Of a DNA stretch of 64,000 nt, positions 40,870-53,659 are shown piece by piece; within the stretch, counting starts at the first letter, position 1, and each line of letters opens with the position of its first letter. The DNA is from Eledone cirrhosa. Its lineage: Eukaryota. The notes below the pieces were generated by a model. It had not been told where the DNA came from and ran no database searches. It saw only the letters and a program-made list of their open reading frames with translations. The stretch spans positions 11,346,001-11,410,000 of the forward strand of contig OZ024751.1 in assembly GCA_964016885.1 (NCBI GenBank). Direction: 5' to 3'. Made by a program: the position numbers and the translations under genes.

Positions 40870-43810
40870 GTTGTTGGTGTTGTGGTGAAGGTGTGGTGAG
40901 AGGTTGTTGGTGTTGTGGTGAGGTTGCGGTGAGAGGTTGTTGGTGTTGTGGTGAGGGTGCGGTGAGAGGTTGTTGGTGTTGTGGTGAGGGTGTGGTGAGA
41001 GGTTGTTGGTGTTGTGGTGAGGGTGTGGTGAGAGGTTGTTGGTGTTGTGGTGAGGGTGTGGTGAGAGGTTGTTGGTGTTGTGGTGAGGGTGTGGTGAGAG
41101 GTTGTTGGTGTTGTGGTGAGGGTGTGGTGAGAGGTTGTTGGTGTTGTGGTGAGGGTGTGGTGAGAGGTTGTTGGTGTTGTGGTGAAGGTGTGGTGAGAGG
41201 TTGTTGGTGTTGTGGTGAGGGTGTGGTGAGAGGTTGTTGGTGTTGTGGTGAGGGTGTGGTGAGAGGTTGTTGGTGTTGTGGTGAGGGTGTGGTGAGAGGT
41301 TGTTGGTGTTGTGGTGAGGGTGTGGTGAGAGGTTGTTGGTGTTGTGGTGAGGGTGTGGTTGAGAGGTTGTTGGTGTTGTGGTGAAGGGGTGGTGAGAGGT
41401 TGTTGGTGTTGTGGTGAGTGTGCGGTGAGAGGTTGTTGGTGTTGTGGTGAGGGTGTGGTGAGAGGTTGTTGGTGTTGTGGTGAGTGTGCGGTGAGAGGTT
41501 GTTGGTGTTGTGGTGAGTGTGCGGTGAGAGGTTGTTGGTGTTGTGGTGAGGGTGTGGTGAGAGGTTGTTGGTGTTGTGGTGAGGGTGTGGTGAGAGGTTG
41601 TTGGTGTTGTGGTGAGGGTGTGGTGAGAGGTTGTTGGTGTTGTGGTGAGGGTGTGGTGAGAGGTTGTTGGTGTTGTGGTGAGGGTGTGGTTGAGAGGTTG
41701 TTGGTGTTGTGGTGAAGGGGTGGTGAGAGGTTGTTGGTGTTGTGGTGAGGGTGCGGTGAGAGGTTGTTGGTGTTGTGGTGAGGGTGTGGTGAGAGGTTGT
41801 TGGTGTTGTGGTGAGGGTGCGGTGAGAGGTTGTTGTGGTGAGGTGTGGTGAGAGGTTGTTGGTGTTGTGGTGAGGGTGTGGTGAGAGGTTGTTGGTGTTG
41901 TGGTGAGGGTGTGGTGAGAGGTTGTTGGTGTTGTGGTGAGGGTGTGGTTGAGAGGTTGTTGGTGTTGTGGTGAAGGGGTGGTGAGAGGTTGTTGGTGTTG
42001 TGGTGAGGGTGCGGTGAGAGGTTGTTGGTGTTGTGGTGAGGGTGTGGTGAGAGGTTGTTGGTGTTGTGGTGAGGGTGCGGTGAGAGGTTGTTGTGGTGAG
42101 GTGTGGTGAGAGGTTGTTGGTGTTGTGGTGAGGGTGTGGTGAGAGGTTGTTGGTGTTGTGGTGAGGGTGTGGTGAGAGGTTGTTGGTGTTGTGGTGAGGG
42201 TGTGGTGAGAGGTTGTTGGTGTTGTGGTGAGGGTGCGGTGAGAGGTTGTTGTGGTGAGGTGTGGTGAGAGGTTGTTGGTGTTGTGGTGAGGGTGTGGTGA
42301 GAGGTTGTTGGTGTTGTGGTGAGGGTGCGGTGAGAGGTTGTTGTGGTGAGGTGTGGTGAGAGGTTGTTGGTATTGTGGTGAGGGTGCGGTGAGAGGTTGT
42401 TGCTGTTGTGGTGAGGGTGCGGTGAGAGGTTGTTGGTGTTGTGGTGAAGGTGTGGTGAGAGGTTGTTGGTGTTGTGGTGAGGGTGTGGTGAGAGGTTGTT
42501 GGTGTTGTGGTGAAGGTGTGGTGAGAGGTTGTTGGTGTTGTGGTGAGGGTGTGGTGAGAGGTTGTTGGTGTTGTGGTGAGGGTGCGGTGAGAGGTTGTTG
42601 CTGTTGTGGTGAGGGTGCGGTGAGAGGTTGTTGGTGTTGTGGTGAGGGTGTGGTGAGAGGTTGTTGGTGTTGTGGTGAGGGTGCGGTGAGAGGTTGTTGG
42701 TGTTGTGGTGAGGTGCGGTGAGAGGTTGTTGGTGTTGTGGTGAGGGTGTGGTGAGAGGTTGTTGGTGTTGTGGTGAGGGTGTGGTGAGAGGTTGTTGGTG
42801 TTGTGGTGAGGGTGCGGTGAGAGGTTGTTGGTGTTGTGGTGAGGGTGTGGTGAGAGGTTGTTGGTGTTGTGGTGAGGGTGCGGTGAGAGGTTGTTGGTGT
42901 TGTGGTGAGGGTGTGGTGAGAGGTTGTTGGTGTTGTGGTGAGGGTGCGGTGAGAGGTTGTTGGTGTTGTGGTGAGGGTGTGGTGAGAGGTTGTTGGTGTT
43001 GTGGTGAGGGTGCGGTGAGAGGTTGTTGGTGTTGTGGTGAGGGTGTGGTGAGAGGTTGTTGGTGTTGTGGTGAGGGTGCGGTGAGAGGTTGTTGGTGTTG
43101 TGGTGAGGGTGTGGTGAGAGGTTGTTGGTGTTGTGGTGAGGGTGCGGTGAGAGGTTGTTGGTGTTGTGGTGAGGGTGTGGTGAGAGGTTGTTGGTGTTGT
43201 GGTGAGGGTGCGGTGAGAGGTTGTTGGTGTTGTGGTGAGGGTGTTGTGAGAGGTTGTTGGTGTTGTGGTGAGGGTGTGGTGAGAGTTTGTTGGTGTTGTG
43301 GTGAGGGTGTGGTGAGAGGTTGTTGGTGTTGTGGTGAGGGTGTGGTGAGAGGTTGTTGGTGTTGTGGTGAGGGTGTGGTGAGAGGTTGTTGGTGTTGTGG
43401 TGAGGGTGTGGTGAGAGGTTGTTGGTGTTGTGGTGAGGGTGTGGTGAGAGGTTGTTGGTGTTGTGGTGAGGGTGTGGTGAGAGGTTGTTGGTGTTGTGGT
43501 GAGGGTGTGGTGAGAGGTTGTTGTGGTGAGGGTGTGGTGAGAGGTTGTTGGTGTTGTGGTGAGGGTGCGGTGAGAGGTTGTTGGTGTTGTGGTGAGGTGT
43601 GGTGAGAGGTTGTTGGTGTTGTGGTGAGGGTGCGGTGAGAGGTTGTTGGTGTTGTGGTGAGGTGTGGTGAGAGGTTGTTGGTGTTGTGGTGAGGGTGCGG
43701 TGAGAGGTTGTTGGTGTTGTGGTGAGGTGTGGTGAGAGGTTGTTGGTGTTGTGGTGAGGGTGTGGTGAGGGTTGTTGGTGTTGTGGTGAGGGTGTGGTGA
43801 GAGGTTGTTG
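40870..43810. repeat. 33-bp G/T-rich minisatellite (ggtgagggtgtggtgagaggttgttggtgttgt)n, about 2.9 kb
   Basis: Homogeneous tandem array; the Cys/Gly ORFs are repeat translations. Confidence 0.95.
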
Positions 43811-43889
43811 AAGGTTTTGTTAGAGTTGTGCTAAGGGTTGTGGGGAGAGGTGTTGCGTTGTTGTAGTGGGTTTGCGTTGAGATGTTGTT

Positions 43890-44350
43890 GCTGTTGGTTT
43901 TGTGGTGATGTAGTAGTTGGTGTTGTGGTGGTGTTGTAGTGGTGGTTGTGGTGTGTGGTTTTTTTGGTGTTGATTTTGTGGTGATGTAGTAGTTGGTGTT
44001 GTGGTGGTGTTGTAGAGGTGGTTGTGGTGAGTGGTTTTTGTTGGTGTTTGTTTTGTGGTGGTGTTGTAGTGGTGGTTGTTATGAGTGGTTTTTGTTGGTG
44101 TTGATTTTGTGGTTCTGTAGTAGTTGGTGTTGTGGTGGTGTTGTAGTGGTGTTGTAGTGGTGGTTCTGGTGAGTGTTTTTTGTTGGTGTTGGTTTTGTGG
44201 TGATGTAGTAGTTGGTGTTGTGGTGGTGTTGTAGTGGTGGTTGTGGTGAGTGTTTTTTGTTGGTGTTGGTTTTGTCGTGATGTAGTAGTTGGTGTTGTGG
44301 TGGTGTTGTAGTGGTGGATGTGATGAGTGGTTTTTGTTGGTGTTGGTTTT
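43890..44350. repeat. Degenerate GT-rich tandem repeat
   Basis: Recurrent tgatgtagtagttggtgttgtggtggtgttgtagtgg. Confidence 0.8.
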
Positions 44351-44718
44351 GTGGCGAGGTGTTGTTGGCGGTGTAGTAGCTGGTGATATGGTGGGGGTTG
44401 TGGTTAGATATCGATGTTGGTTTGGTGAGAAGATGTTGTCGGTGTTGCTGTTGTTGTGGTAGGGGTTGTGGTAGGTGGTTTTTGTTCGTGTTGTGATGAG
44501 GTTCCGGGAGGTCCTTACCGACAGCTGTCACGTTTCAAATTTGGTGTCGAAAGGAGGAAATATCCAATTAGTTGTCTTCAACTTTAGCAACAAAGATATG
44601 TGAGTGGCGAAGTGCAGTAGTATTGGAGTCGAGTGGGTGGTGGATTCGACTGCACCGGCTTGCACCGCCATGCACTCGCACTTAATTGCACTAACTTGCA
44701 CTTGCTTACATTTAGTCT

Positions 44719-44762
44719 GTTTGGTAGGCAACTACATCGATCGTCTCGGTTACTAGGGTGAC
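44719..44762. promoter_or_regulatory. Pair of RFX X-box-like motifs, possible promoter
   Basis: gttactagggtgac at 44749-44762 (minus strand GTCACC-CT-AGTAAC) and gtttggtaggcaac at 44719-44732, in a unique-looking island with a minus-strand donor CG|GTAAG at 44519/44518. Confidence 0.35.
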
Positions 44763-44779
44763 TTAGATGACGATAATAT

Positions 44780-45612
44780 TAATGATTGTTTCTACTTTTG
44801 GCACAAGGCCAGCAATTATCCCAGTACATTACTGGTACTTTATTTTATCGATCTCGTAAGGATGAAAGGTAAAGTTAACATCGGTGGGATTTTAACTCAG
44901 ACCGTAAAGGGACATAACTCTATGCTGGAAAGCATGGCGCCCGACCCTACACCGATACTGCCAATTCACAGCCCTCAATCATAATATTAATAATTGTTTC
45001 TTCTTTTTGACATAAGGCCAGCAATTAACCAGTGCATTACTGGTACTTTATTTTATCAACCCCGTAAGTATGAAAGGCAAAGTTAACCTCGGCGGGATTC
45101 GAGCTCAGAATGGCAAGGGCCGTAACTATGCGTCAAAGCATGGCGTACGCGCCTCTACCGATACTGCCAATCCAACGCCCTCATAATATTAATAATGCTT
45201 TCTGATTTAAGCACAAGACCAGCAATTTTGGGGGAAGGAAAAGTGGATAAAAATCCACCTCAGTACGTTACTGGTACTTTATTTTAACGACCCTGTGAGG
45301 ATGAAAATCAAAGCTAACCTCGACAGGATTTGAACTCAGAAAATAAAGCGTCGTACGTCTATGCCGCGAAGCAGGGTATCGGACGTTCTACCAATTCTGC
45401 CAATTCAACGTCCTGGCGATAATATTAATAATTGTTTCTACATTTGGCATAAGGCCAGCAATTACCCAGTGCATTACTGGTACTTTATTTTATCGACCCC
45501 GTAAGGATGAAAGGCAAAGTTAACCTCGACGGGATTTGAACTCAGACCGTAAAGGGACATAACTATGCAGGAAAGCATGGCATCCGACCTTCTACCGATA
45601 CTGCCAATCCAC
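44780..45612 (-). mobile_element. Head-to-tail cluster of four SINE copies
   Basis: Copies at about 44780-44975, 44985-45180, 45190-45412 and 45425-45612, separated by ataatattaataat linkers. Confidence 0.92.
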
Positions 45613-46138
45613 ATATTAATAATACAAGGAATACTTTCTAATTCAGTATAAAGGCCAGAAAGCTAGGTGGGTGTCCATTATATCAGCCGTAGTAGATGAC
45701 TCGAAGGTTGAAAGACGACGGGGGCTTTGGTCAGATTTGAGCTCAGAACTTAAATAGCCTTATCTAAATACGCTAAAATATTTTCCCGTTTCTCTAAAAT
45801 TTCAACCAGTCCACGGCTCATATAATTTTGTACAGATAATTGATTCGACTAGCTCCTACCTTTTAAGGACTTCCAGTCGTGACCATGTGGTTTTGGGCTA
45901 GGGTTAGTTGATATCCACATCTACAACATACATCTACAAACATACATCTACAACCATACATCTACAAACATACACACACACACACAGAGGTAGATGTACA
46001 TTAGTTACACACACACGCATGTAGATGTACATTAGTTACACACACACACATACAACCAAATATATACATCCATATTGAAAGAGACATAAACTTAAAATCG
46101 CACATATAAAGAAAACCATGTACACATACAGACATATC

Positions 46139-46233
<95 letters not shown>

Positions 46234-46399
46234 CAACAGAGCAACGCACCAGCACACCAACACAACAACACACCAACACACCGCCACATCAAGACATGGA
46301 CTCTCTAGCACACCGCCATATACTCACTCTCTAACACACAACCTCATATAAAATTCCTGAGCTTGCATAAAGATGGAAGTCACGCATTCAGCAATAACA

Positions 46400-46428
46400 A
46401 GAGCAGCAGTAGCAGTAGCAGCAATAGC

Positions 46429-46463
<35 letters not shown>

Positions 46464-46557
46464 CAGTAACAGTAGTAGTAGTAGTAGTAGCAGTAGCAGC
46501 AGTAGTAGTAGTAGTACCAGCTTTAGTAGTAATAGTAACAGTAGAAATAGTATTAAT

Positions 46558-46592
<35 letters not shown>

Positions 46593-46603
46593 TGGTAGTA
46601 GTG

Positions 46604-46664
<61 letters not shown>

Positions 46665-46705
46665 TCGTAGTAGTAGCAGCACCACCACCAGCTTTAGTAG
46701 TAAAT
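46400..46705. repeat. (AGT/AGC)n trinucleotide repeat
   Basis: Direct inspection. Confidence 0.9.
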
Positions 46706-47167
46706 AGCAGAATCGCCCGGCGTTGCTCGGGATTTGCTCTAGGGTTCTTATATATTTGATATATATTTATCCTTATCGAACCTCGTGAAATAAATGCTTT
46801 TGTTTATATTTTCTTATTGTGTATGCAAAAATATCTGTACACGAAAATATATATATATATATATATATACAGTTATTACATAACTAATAAGCACTGTAGC
46901 CTACATAAAGTACTCTTTTTTCGGGTACATTTGCGACGGAAATATTTCATTTACACACACACACACACACGCACGCACGCGCACCCCCCCCCCACGCACG
47001 CACCCCCCCCCACATATATATATATAAATATTAAAATAATAGATTAAAGTCTAAGAAAAGAATCGCTGCTTTCACCCTTAACGGGATCTTCTGAAACTAA
47101 GAAAACCAATCTGTGAACGCAGAATTAAATATTTCGAAAAACGTTACACACTATATATATATATATA

Positions 47168-47430
47168 TGTAGGAGGTGAGTTTTATTGTAGTACAATAAA
47201 GCAATGCAGATATCGGATAAGAAGCACTCTACATTTTGTAGGACTGGAGTATACATAATATATGTTGATTTAAAACTGAACTATCCACAAGTGTTTTTTA
47301 ACCTTCATATCATGTCTTCCTGTTTTATCTGATGAAAACACAAATATTATTGCATGATGATATTTGTTTTTGAAATGCGCATGATAAAATACATGGAACT
47401 CTTTTAACCATCTTTTGTTCTTATATATTA
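47168..47430. mobile_element. Short member of the 6.6-8.3 kb hammerhead family, between TA tracts
   Basis: 47168-47262 matches 6586-6678; 47321-47430 matches 8209-8318. Confidence 0.8.
47321..47391 (+). ncRNA. Hammerhead motif with cleavage triplet changed to AUG
   Basis: tgttttat CTGATGA aaacacaaatat..atatttgttttt GAA ATGCGCAT G ataaaata. Confidence 0.7.
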
Positions 47431-47580
47431 TATATATATATATATATATACACTATATATATACATATATATACACACATACACACACACACATACATAC
47501 ACACACATACACACACAGCGTCATAATGCCGTAATGCAGACAGCCAGACATTCACACAGATATTATAAGGGCGAAACGTT

Positions 47581-47581
47581 A

Positions 47582-47647
<66 letters not shown>

Positions 47648-47853
47648 AAAAGAAAGACTAAGAATTATATAGAGAGAGATCGCTAAATCGCCTAATACGG
47701 TCCCTAGGGCATTGACCATTTGAAATCCTTTTGCTCAAAACACTCACAGGACCATAAGTATTACATGTGTAAAGTTTGAAAACAATCGGTTGGGTGGTTC
47801 TCGAGATTTAGTGAGCTGACAGACATACATACATTCTCTGTTTTAGATATATA
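47581..47853 (+). mobile_element. Probable short non-autonomous Helitron/Helentron-type element
   Basis: (CTAT)n start, then gtgtaaagtttgaaaacaatcggttgggtggttctcgagat...gacagacatac...ttttagatatatag, resembling DINE-1/HINE-like 3' ends. Confidence 0.5.
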
Positions 47854-47859
47854 GGTAGT

Positions 47860-49626
47860 AACGGTAGAAATAGTATTAGTAGCAGCAGTAGTAGTGGTGG
47901 TGGTACACTAGTAGTGGTGGTGTTACTTTTGTTGGTGTTGGTTTTGTTATTTCCGTGGTTGTTGTTGCTGCTGCAGCTGTTGGTGTTGTTACTTCTGTTG
48001 GTGCTCTTGTTGTTGGTGTTGTTGCTTCTGCTGCTGCTGGTGTTGCTGCTTCTGTCGCTGTTGTTGTTGTTGTTGTTACTTCTGCTGCTGCTGGTGTTGC
48101 TGCTTTGCTGCTTCTGTCGCTGTTGTTGTTGCTTCTGTCGCTGTTGTTGTTGCTTCTGCTGCTGCTGGTGTTGCTGCTTCTGTCGCTGTTGTTGTTGTTG
48201 TTGTTACTTCTGTTGGTGCTATTGTTGTTGGTGTTGTTGCTTATGTTGCTGCTGTGTGCTGCTGTTGCTGCTTCTGTCGCTGTTGTTGTTGTTGTTGTTG
48301 CTTCTGTCGCTGTTCTTGTTGGTGGTGTGATTGCTTCTCTTGCTGCTGATGTTATTGCTGCTGCTCTTGTTGCTGCTGTTGCTGCTGCTGCTTTTGCTGT
48401 TGTTGTTGCTCTTGTTGTTGCTTCTGTTGCTGTTGCTGGTGTTCCTGCTTCTGTTGCTGTTGCTGGTGTTGTTGCTGCTGTTGCTTCGGTTACTGCTGCT
48501 GTTGCTTCTGTTGCTGCTGTTCCTCCTGGTAGTGCTGATGTTGCTTCTGTTGCTGCTGCTGTTGCTGTTGTTGTTTCTGTTGCTGCTGTTGCTGCTGTTG
48601 CATTTTCTGCTGCTGTTGCTGCAGCTGTTGCTGTTGTTGTTGCTGCAGTTGTTGCTTCTGTTGCCGTTGTTACTGTTGATGCTGCTGTTGTTGCTGCTGC
48701 TGTTGCTTCTGTTGCTGCTGTTGTTGCTGCTATTGCTACTGGTGTTGCTTTTGTTGCTGCTGCTGTTGCTGCTGTTGCTTCTGCTTCTGTTGCTACTGTT
48801 GTTGTTTCTGTTGCTGTTGTTGTTGCTGCTGTGGTTGTTGCTGTTGTTACTTCTATTGCTTTTGTTGCTTCTGTTGTTGTTGTTGTTGATGCTGTTGTGT
48901 GCGTCTGATACTGCTGTTGTTGCTGCTGCTGTTGATGCTTCTATTGCTTCTGTTGCTGCTGTTGTTGTTGTTGCCTCTGTTGCTGCTGTTGCTGTTGCTT
49001 CTGTTGCTATTCCTGCAGTTGTTGCTGCTGTTGTTGCAGCTGTTGCTGTTGCTGTTGTTGCAGCTGTTGCTGTTGCTGTTGTTCCTGCTGTTGCTGTAGC
49101 TGTTGCTGCTGTTGCTGTTGCTGTTGTTGCTGTTTTGCTGCTGCTGTTGAGGCTGCTGTTGCCGTTGATGTTGTTGCTGTTGTTGTTGCTGTAGTTGTTG
49201 GTGTTGTTACTGTTGCTGCTGTTGTTGCTGCTGTTGCTGCTGTTGCTGCTGTTGTTGCTGTTGCTGCTGTTGTTACTGTTGCTGCTGTTGTTGCTGCTGT
49301 TGCTGCTGTTGCTGCTGTTGCTGCTGTTGTTACTGTTGCTGCTGTTGTTGCTGCTGTTGCTGCTGTTGCTGCTGTTGCTGCTGTTGTATCTCGCTACTAA
49401 CCTCTGTGTCACTATATTCCACTATATTTCCATCTCCATATCCCAACATTTCTCCATTTGTGAGATTTCTCCAAATATATTTTTTTAACGTTGATTTATT
49501 TTGTATGTATTATTGCATTTTTTCCCCTTTCTCATGTTCTTGTCGCCATCGTCGCTGTTGCTGTTGTTGTTGTTGTTGTTGTGTTGTTGTTGCTGTTGTT
49601 GCTGCTGTTGTTGTTGTTGTTGTTGC

Positions 49627-49666
<40 letters not shown>

Positions 49667-49795
49667 ATTGGTGGTTGTGATGTTCTGTGTTCTTGTTGGA
49701 GGTGATTGAGATGTTTTGTTGATGCTGGTGGTAGTTGTGTTGTGTTGTTGTTGTTGTTGTTGTTGTTGTTGTGGTTGTTGTTGCTGTTGTTGTTG

Positions 49796-49827
<32 letters not shown>

Positions 49828-49880
49828 GGTGGTGGTGGTGGCGGTTGTGGTGCTGGTAGTGGTGGTGGTATTAGTACTGA
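47860..49880. repeat. (GTT/GCT)n low-complexity trinucleotide field
   Basis: Poly-L/V/A/C ORFs in all frames. Confidence 0.9.
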
Positions 49881-49904
49881 TGTTGGTAGCTCAGTATTGG
49901 TCTT

Positions 49905-50275
49905 GTAGCTTTGCTCTGCCTTTCATCCTTACGGGGTCGATAAAATAAAGTACCAGTAATGCACTGGTTAATTGCTGGCCTTGTCTAAAAGTAGAACAAA
50001 TTATTGCTTTTATTGTTTTCACCGTCTTCCTCGTTGCTGCTGTCGTTGTTGTCGTTTTCATTATTTTTTAATATTGTTAGGGCGATGGGTTGGCAGTATC
50101 GGTAGAGGGTCGGACGCCATGTTTTGACGCATAGAGTTACGGCCCTTGCTATTCTGAGTTCAAATCCCGCCGAGGTTAACTTTGCCTTTCGTCCTTACGG
50201 GGTCGATAAAATAAAGTACCAGTAATACACTGGAGTAATTGCTGGCCTTGTGCCAAGAGTAGAAACAACTATTAT
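49905..50275 (+). mobile_element. SINE 3' fragment plus a full SINE copy (50080-50275)
   Basis: A-box, B-box and central domain as at 4691. Confidence 0.85.
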
Positions 50276-50599
50276 TAATATCATTTCTGTTGTTCTTGTT
50301 TTTTTTATTGTTATTAGTATTATAGGTATTGCTGTTTTTTTTATTGTTATTAATATTATTATAGGTGTTGGTGTTATGTTCGTTGCTATAAATATTGTTG
50401 TTTTTCTTGTTATTTTGAGAGTTATTAGCATTATTATTGTTGTTGTTGTTATTGTTATTGCGATCATCTCGTGTGTTGCTTCCCTATTAAAACATCCAGT
50501 TCACCATTTGTATAAAGGTGGCTTCTTCACATCTTCCATAGTTAATATTACCATCGATTTTTACAAAATACATTTGTATATGTTATTTTTTTCAATATA

Positions 50600-50760
50600 T
50601 TTCCTTCTTCGTTATTTTGTTCGTTATTTTTACACTTTCCTTTACCAATCTTTATCCGCCATATTGTTGAGTAGATGTATTGTCAGTCTTCATCTAATAG
50701 TATTACATGTTTCACCTATATAAGATACCTTACCAACAACATTGTATACGCCATTTTCTA
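50600..50760 (-). pseudogene. Highly decayed GIY-YIG endonuclease remnant (Penelope-like)
   Basis: Minus strand reads NGVYNVVGKVSYIGETCNTIR*RLTIHL. Confidence 0.4.
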
Positions 50761-50971
50761 ATGATTTCTTCCCTGTTTTATATTACTGTTATTGTTGTTG
50801 TTGTTATTATTGATGGAGGTAATATTTCAATCTAACATTCCTTATCCTTATTTTCTATTTTAAAAACCAATCTGTTATACAGTATGGTAGACTTTTATCT
50901 AGATTCTAGACATATTGTTGGTCGCCTGCAAAATATTTTCATGTTTCGTCCATATATATACATACACACAC

Positions 50972-51053
<82 letters not shown>

Positions 51054-51214
51054 TAATAAAAATAATGAATAAACAAATTCATCATTTTACGATCGTTTCT
51101 AGGATATATATGTTAGTGTTGGTATGCATATCCTATAGATCTATGTAAATTTTTTACAAACTATCAGAAGGAATATACATACCTACACATATATATGCTG
51201 TCTTCAGAAATAAT

Positions 51215-51395
51215 TGTTTCTACTTTAGGCACAAGGCCAGCAATTACCCAGTGCATTACTGGTACTTTATTTTATCGACCCCGTAAGGATGAAAGGCAAA
51301 GTCAACCTCGGCGGGATTTGAACTCAGATCGTAAAGGGACGTAACTATGCTGGAAAGCATGGTGTCTGACCCTCTACCGATACTGCCAATCCACC
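51215..51395 (-). mobile_element. Young SINE with 18-bp target-site duplication
   Basis: gctgtcttcagaaataat at 51197-51214 and 51396-51413. Confidence 0.92.
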
Positions 51396-51798
51396 GCTGT
51401 CTTCAGAAATAATGATATTTGTTTATTGAAAAAAAACAACAAAGATTTAATACAATAGGTCTGTTTGGGAACAGGTTTTGAATTGACCAATAGAAAGATA
51501 GTGAAGGTCAAGATGATAAAATAGTAGTAAAAGAACCTTAATTTAGGGGTAGAGGAAGGTAGATTACAGTTTTGGATGGAACAAATATTATGAATGAAAG
51601 ATTATTTTAGGGATGAAAATAGGTCATGTGCTGTCTTCAGAAATAATTATATTTGTTCATTGAATAAAACCAGCAAATATTTAATATAATAGGTCTGTTT
51701 TCCTGTATTTTTCATCGAAAAACATTTTTTGAATACATCTTCTCTTTTCATGATATTCGGATTACATTGAGTTCTTCATACGGATTGGTAGATTTATC

Positions 51799-51853
<55 letters not shown>

Positions 51854-51924
51854 CTGTCTGCGTGTTTGTGTGTGTCTGTATGTATATATGTATGTATATG
51901 TATATATATATATATATAATATAC

Positions 51925-52006
<82 letters not shown>

Positions 52007-52033
52007 TGGTTATACAACAGTTAGTTCACCATA

Positions 52034-52073
52034 CCGAGAACAATTGTTTCATCTTAGCGGATCCTCATCTCGG
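52034..52073 (-). ncRNA. Hammerhead motif with C3A change
   Basis: Minus strand reads ccgag ATGAGGA tccgctaagat GAA ACAATTGT T ctcgg. Confidence 0.6.
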
Positions 52074-52194
52074 AATGGGCATGCTTGTAGGAACAGGAAG
52101 GACAACCGTCTAGTACTGCGTGTGTGAAGTGACCGGGTTTCTGCGCATGCGCGTTCGTACGGTTGTCTTTCCTGTTCCTATAACCATGCCCATT

Positions 52195-52234
52195 CCGAGC
52201 TGAAGATCCGCTAAGGTGAAACAACTGTTCTCGG
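52195..52234 (+). ncRNA. Minimal type I hammerhead ribozyme
   Basis: Stem I ccgag/ctcgg; CTGAAGA 52200-52206; short stem II cc/gg; GAA ACAACTGT; GUU triplet. Confidence 0.78.
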
Positions 52235-52261
52235 TATGGTGAACTAACTGTTGTGTAACCA

Positions 52262-52343
<82 letters not shown>

Positions 52344-52470
52344 TATATATATATACATATACATACATATATACATACAGACACACACATACCTACCTCG
52401 TCTCTTGGACTGAGTGCTCTACCACAACGGATATTACCTTCCAGTGTTCCACCACTTTATATATATATAT

Positions 52471-53187
52471 ATAAACGGAAAAAATGAAACGAAATTTCAT
52501 TTACAACTCTTAGTACGGCTTTTACTTAAATATAAGTATGTACACGTACATACATATATGTATACAGATGTACAGTAGTATGTATATATATATATACATA
52601 CATGCACATATATATATATATATATATATATGTACGTATGGATTCACCGAACATTTATTATAATACTCGCTGTGTTTGTAAACAAACATCCAGTATTAAG
52701 CCGTAGTGTCTAGCAACCATCGTTCCTCGTTTGTTCAATACTGATAAAGGAACGCTGTACTAATTTCAAGCTTATTAGCTATCGTCAGCAACGTATACCT
52801 TACTGCCAGATTGTTGAACGTATATACTTACCTTATGCATATTAACGGTTGAGTAGCCCAATTTGCATATCGAGTGGGTTAATCGGCCGGGTGCACCGAA
52901 AACGATAAACGGAAAAAATGAAACGAAATTTCATTTACAACTCTTAGTACGGCTGTTACTTAAATATAAGTATGTATGCGTATATACATATATGTATACA
53001 GACGTACAGTACTACGTATATATATATACATACATGCACACATATATATATGTACGTAACACACCGAGCATTATAATAAATGTTCGGTGAATCCATACGT
53101 ACATATATATATATGTGTGCATGTATGTATATATACATATACATTCTACTGTACGTCTGTATACATATATGTATGTACGTGTACATA

Positions 53188-53190
<3 letters not shown>
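52471..53190 (-). mobile_element. Rearranged hammerhead unit of the 31-kb family (direct and inverted terminal copies)
   Basis: ataaacggaaaaaatgaaacgaaatttc at 52471 and 52905; 53059-53190 is inverted relative to about 52533-52680. Confidence 0.78.
52752..52794 (-). ncRNA. Minimal type I hammerhead ribozyme
   Basis: Minus strand reads acgttg CTGACGA tagctaataagctt GAA ATTAGT A cagcgt. Confidence 0.8.
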
Positions 53191-53241
<51 letters not shown>

Positions 53242-53365
53242 AAAGTTCTATTTAAAGTTGTTGATACAAGTAAATATTTTTATAACTGATATAAAGCACT
53301 CGACAAATTTTTGGAGTAGATATACGATATTAATAAATGGAAACTATATTTATAAAACCATATTT

Positions 53366-53428
53366 ATTTCATTATACATATTTCGGGGATACCACATTAA
53401 ATTATGGTATGCCTTCATCAGACCAAAT
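53366..53428 (-). ncRNA. Type I hammerhead ribozyme (left arm)
   Basis: Mirror copy of 53557-53619. Confidence 0.72.
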
Positions 53429-53556
53429 ACAATATATAACAGTTTTACAAATAGCTTTGACGTACCCTTTTAAAATACAACCATTACTTTTGGAGGCTAT
53501 CCAGACAGCCTCCAAAAGGGTACGTCAAAGCTATTTGTAAAACTGTTATATATTGT

Positions 53557-53619
53557 ATTTGGTCTGATGAAGGCATACCATAATTTAATGTGGTATCCCC
53601 GAAATATGTATAATGAAAT
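53557..53619 (+). ncRNA. Type I hammerhead ribozyme (right arm)
   Basis: atttggt CTGATGA aggcataccata..tgtggtatcccc GAA ATATGTAT A atgaaat; one G-G mismatch in stem I. Confidence 0.72.
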
Positions 53620-53659
53620 AAATATGGTTTTATAAATATAGTTTTCATTTATTAATATC

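Larger units (their letters stand above)
52004..52264. mobile_element. 260-bp fold-back unit in (TA)n with a hammerhead in each arm
   Basis: 52004-52108 is the reverse complement of 52159-52264; both ends abut pure (TA)n. Confidence 0.88.

Noticed and set aside
40851-43605. Cys-rich keratin-associated or metallothionein-like ORFs
   Set aside because: A 33-bp repeat gives an open frame by chance and is broken by frequent indels
38385-43810. CRISPR-like arrays
   Set aside because: Pure tandem repeats with no unique spacers, no cas genes, and a eukaryotic context
48219-49412. 397-aa Ser/Asn/Thr/Ala ORF
   Set aside because: Trinucleotide low-complexity field that is open in several frames
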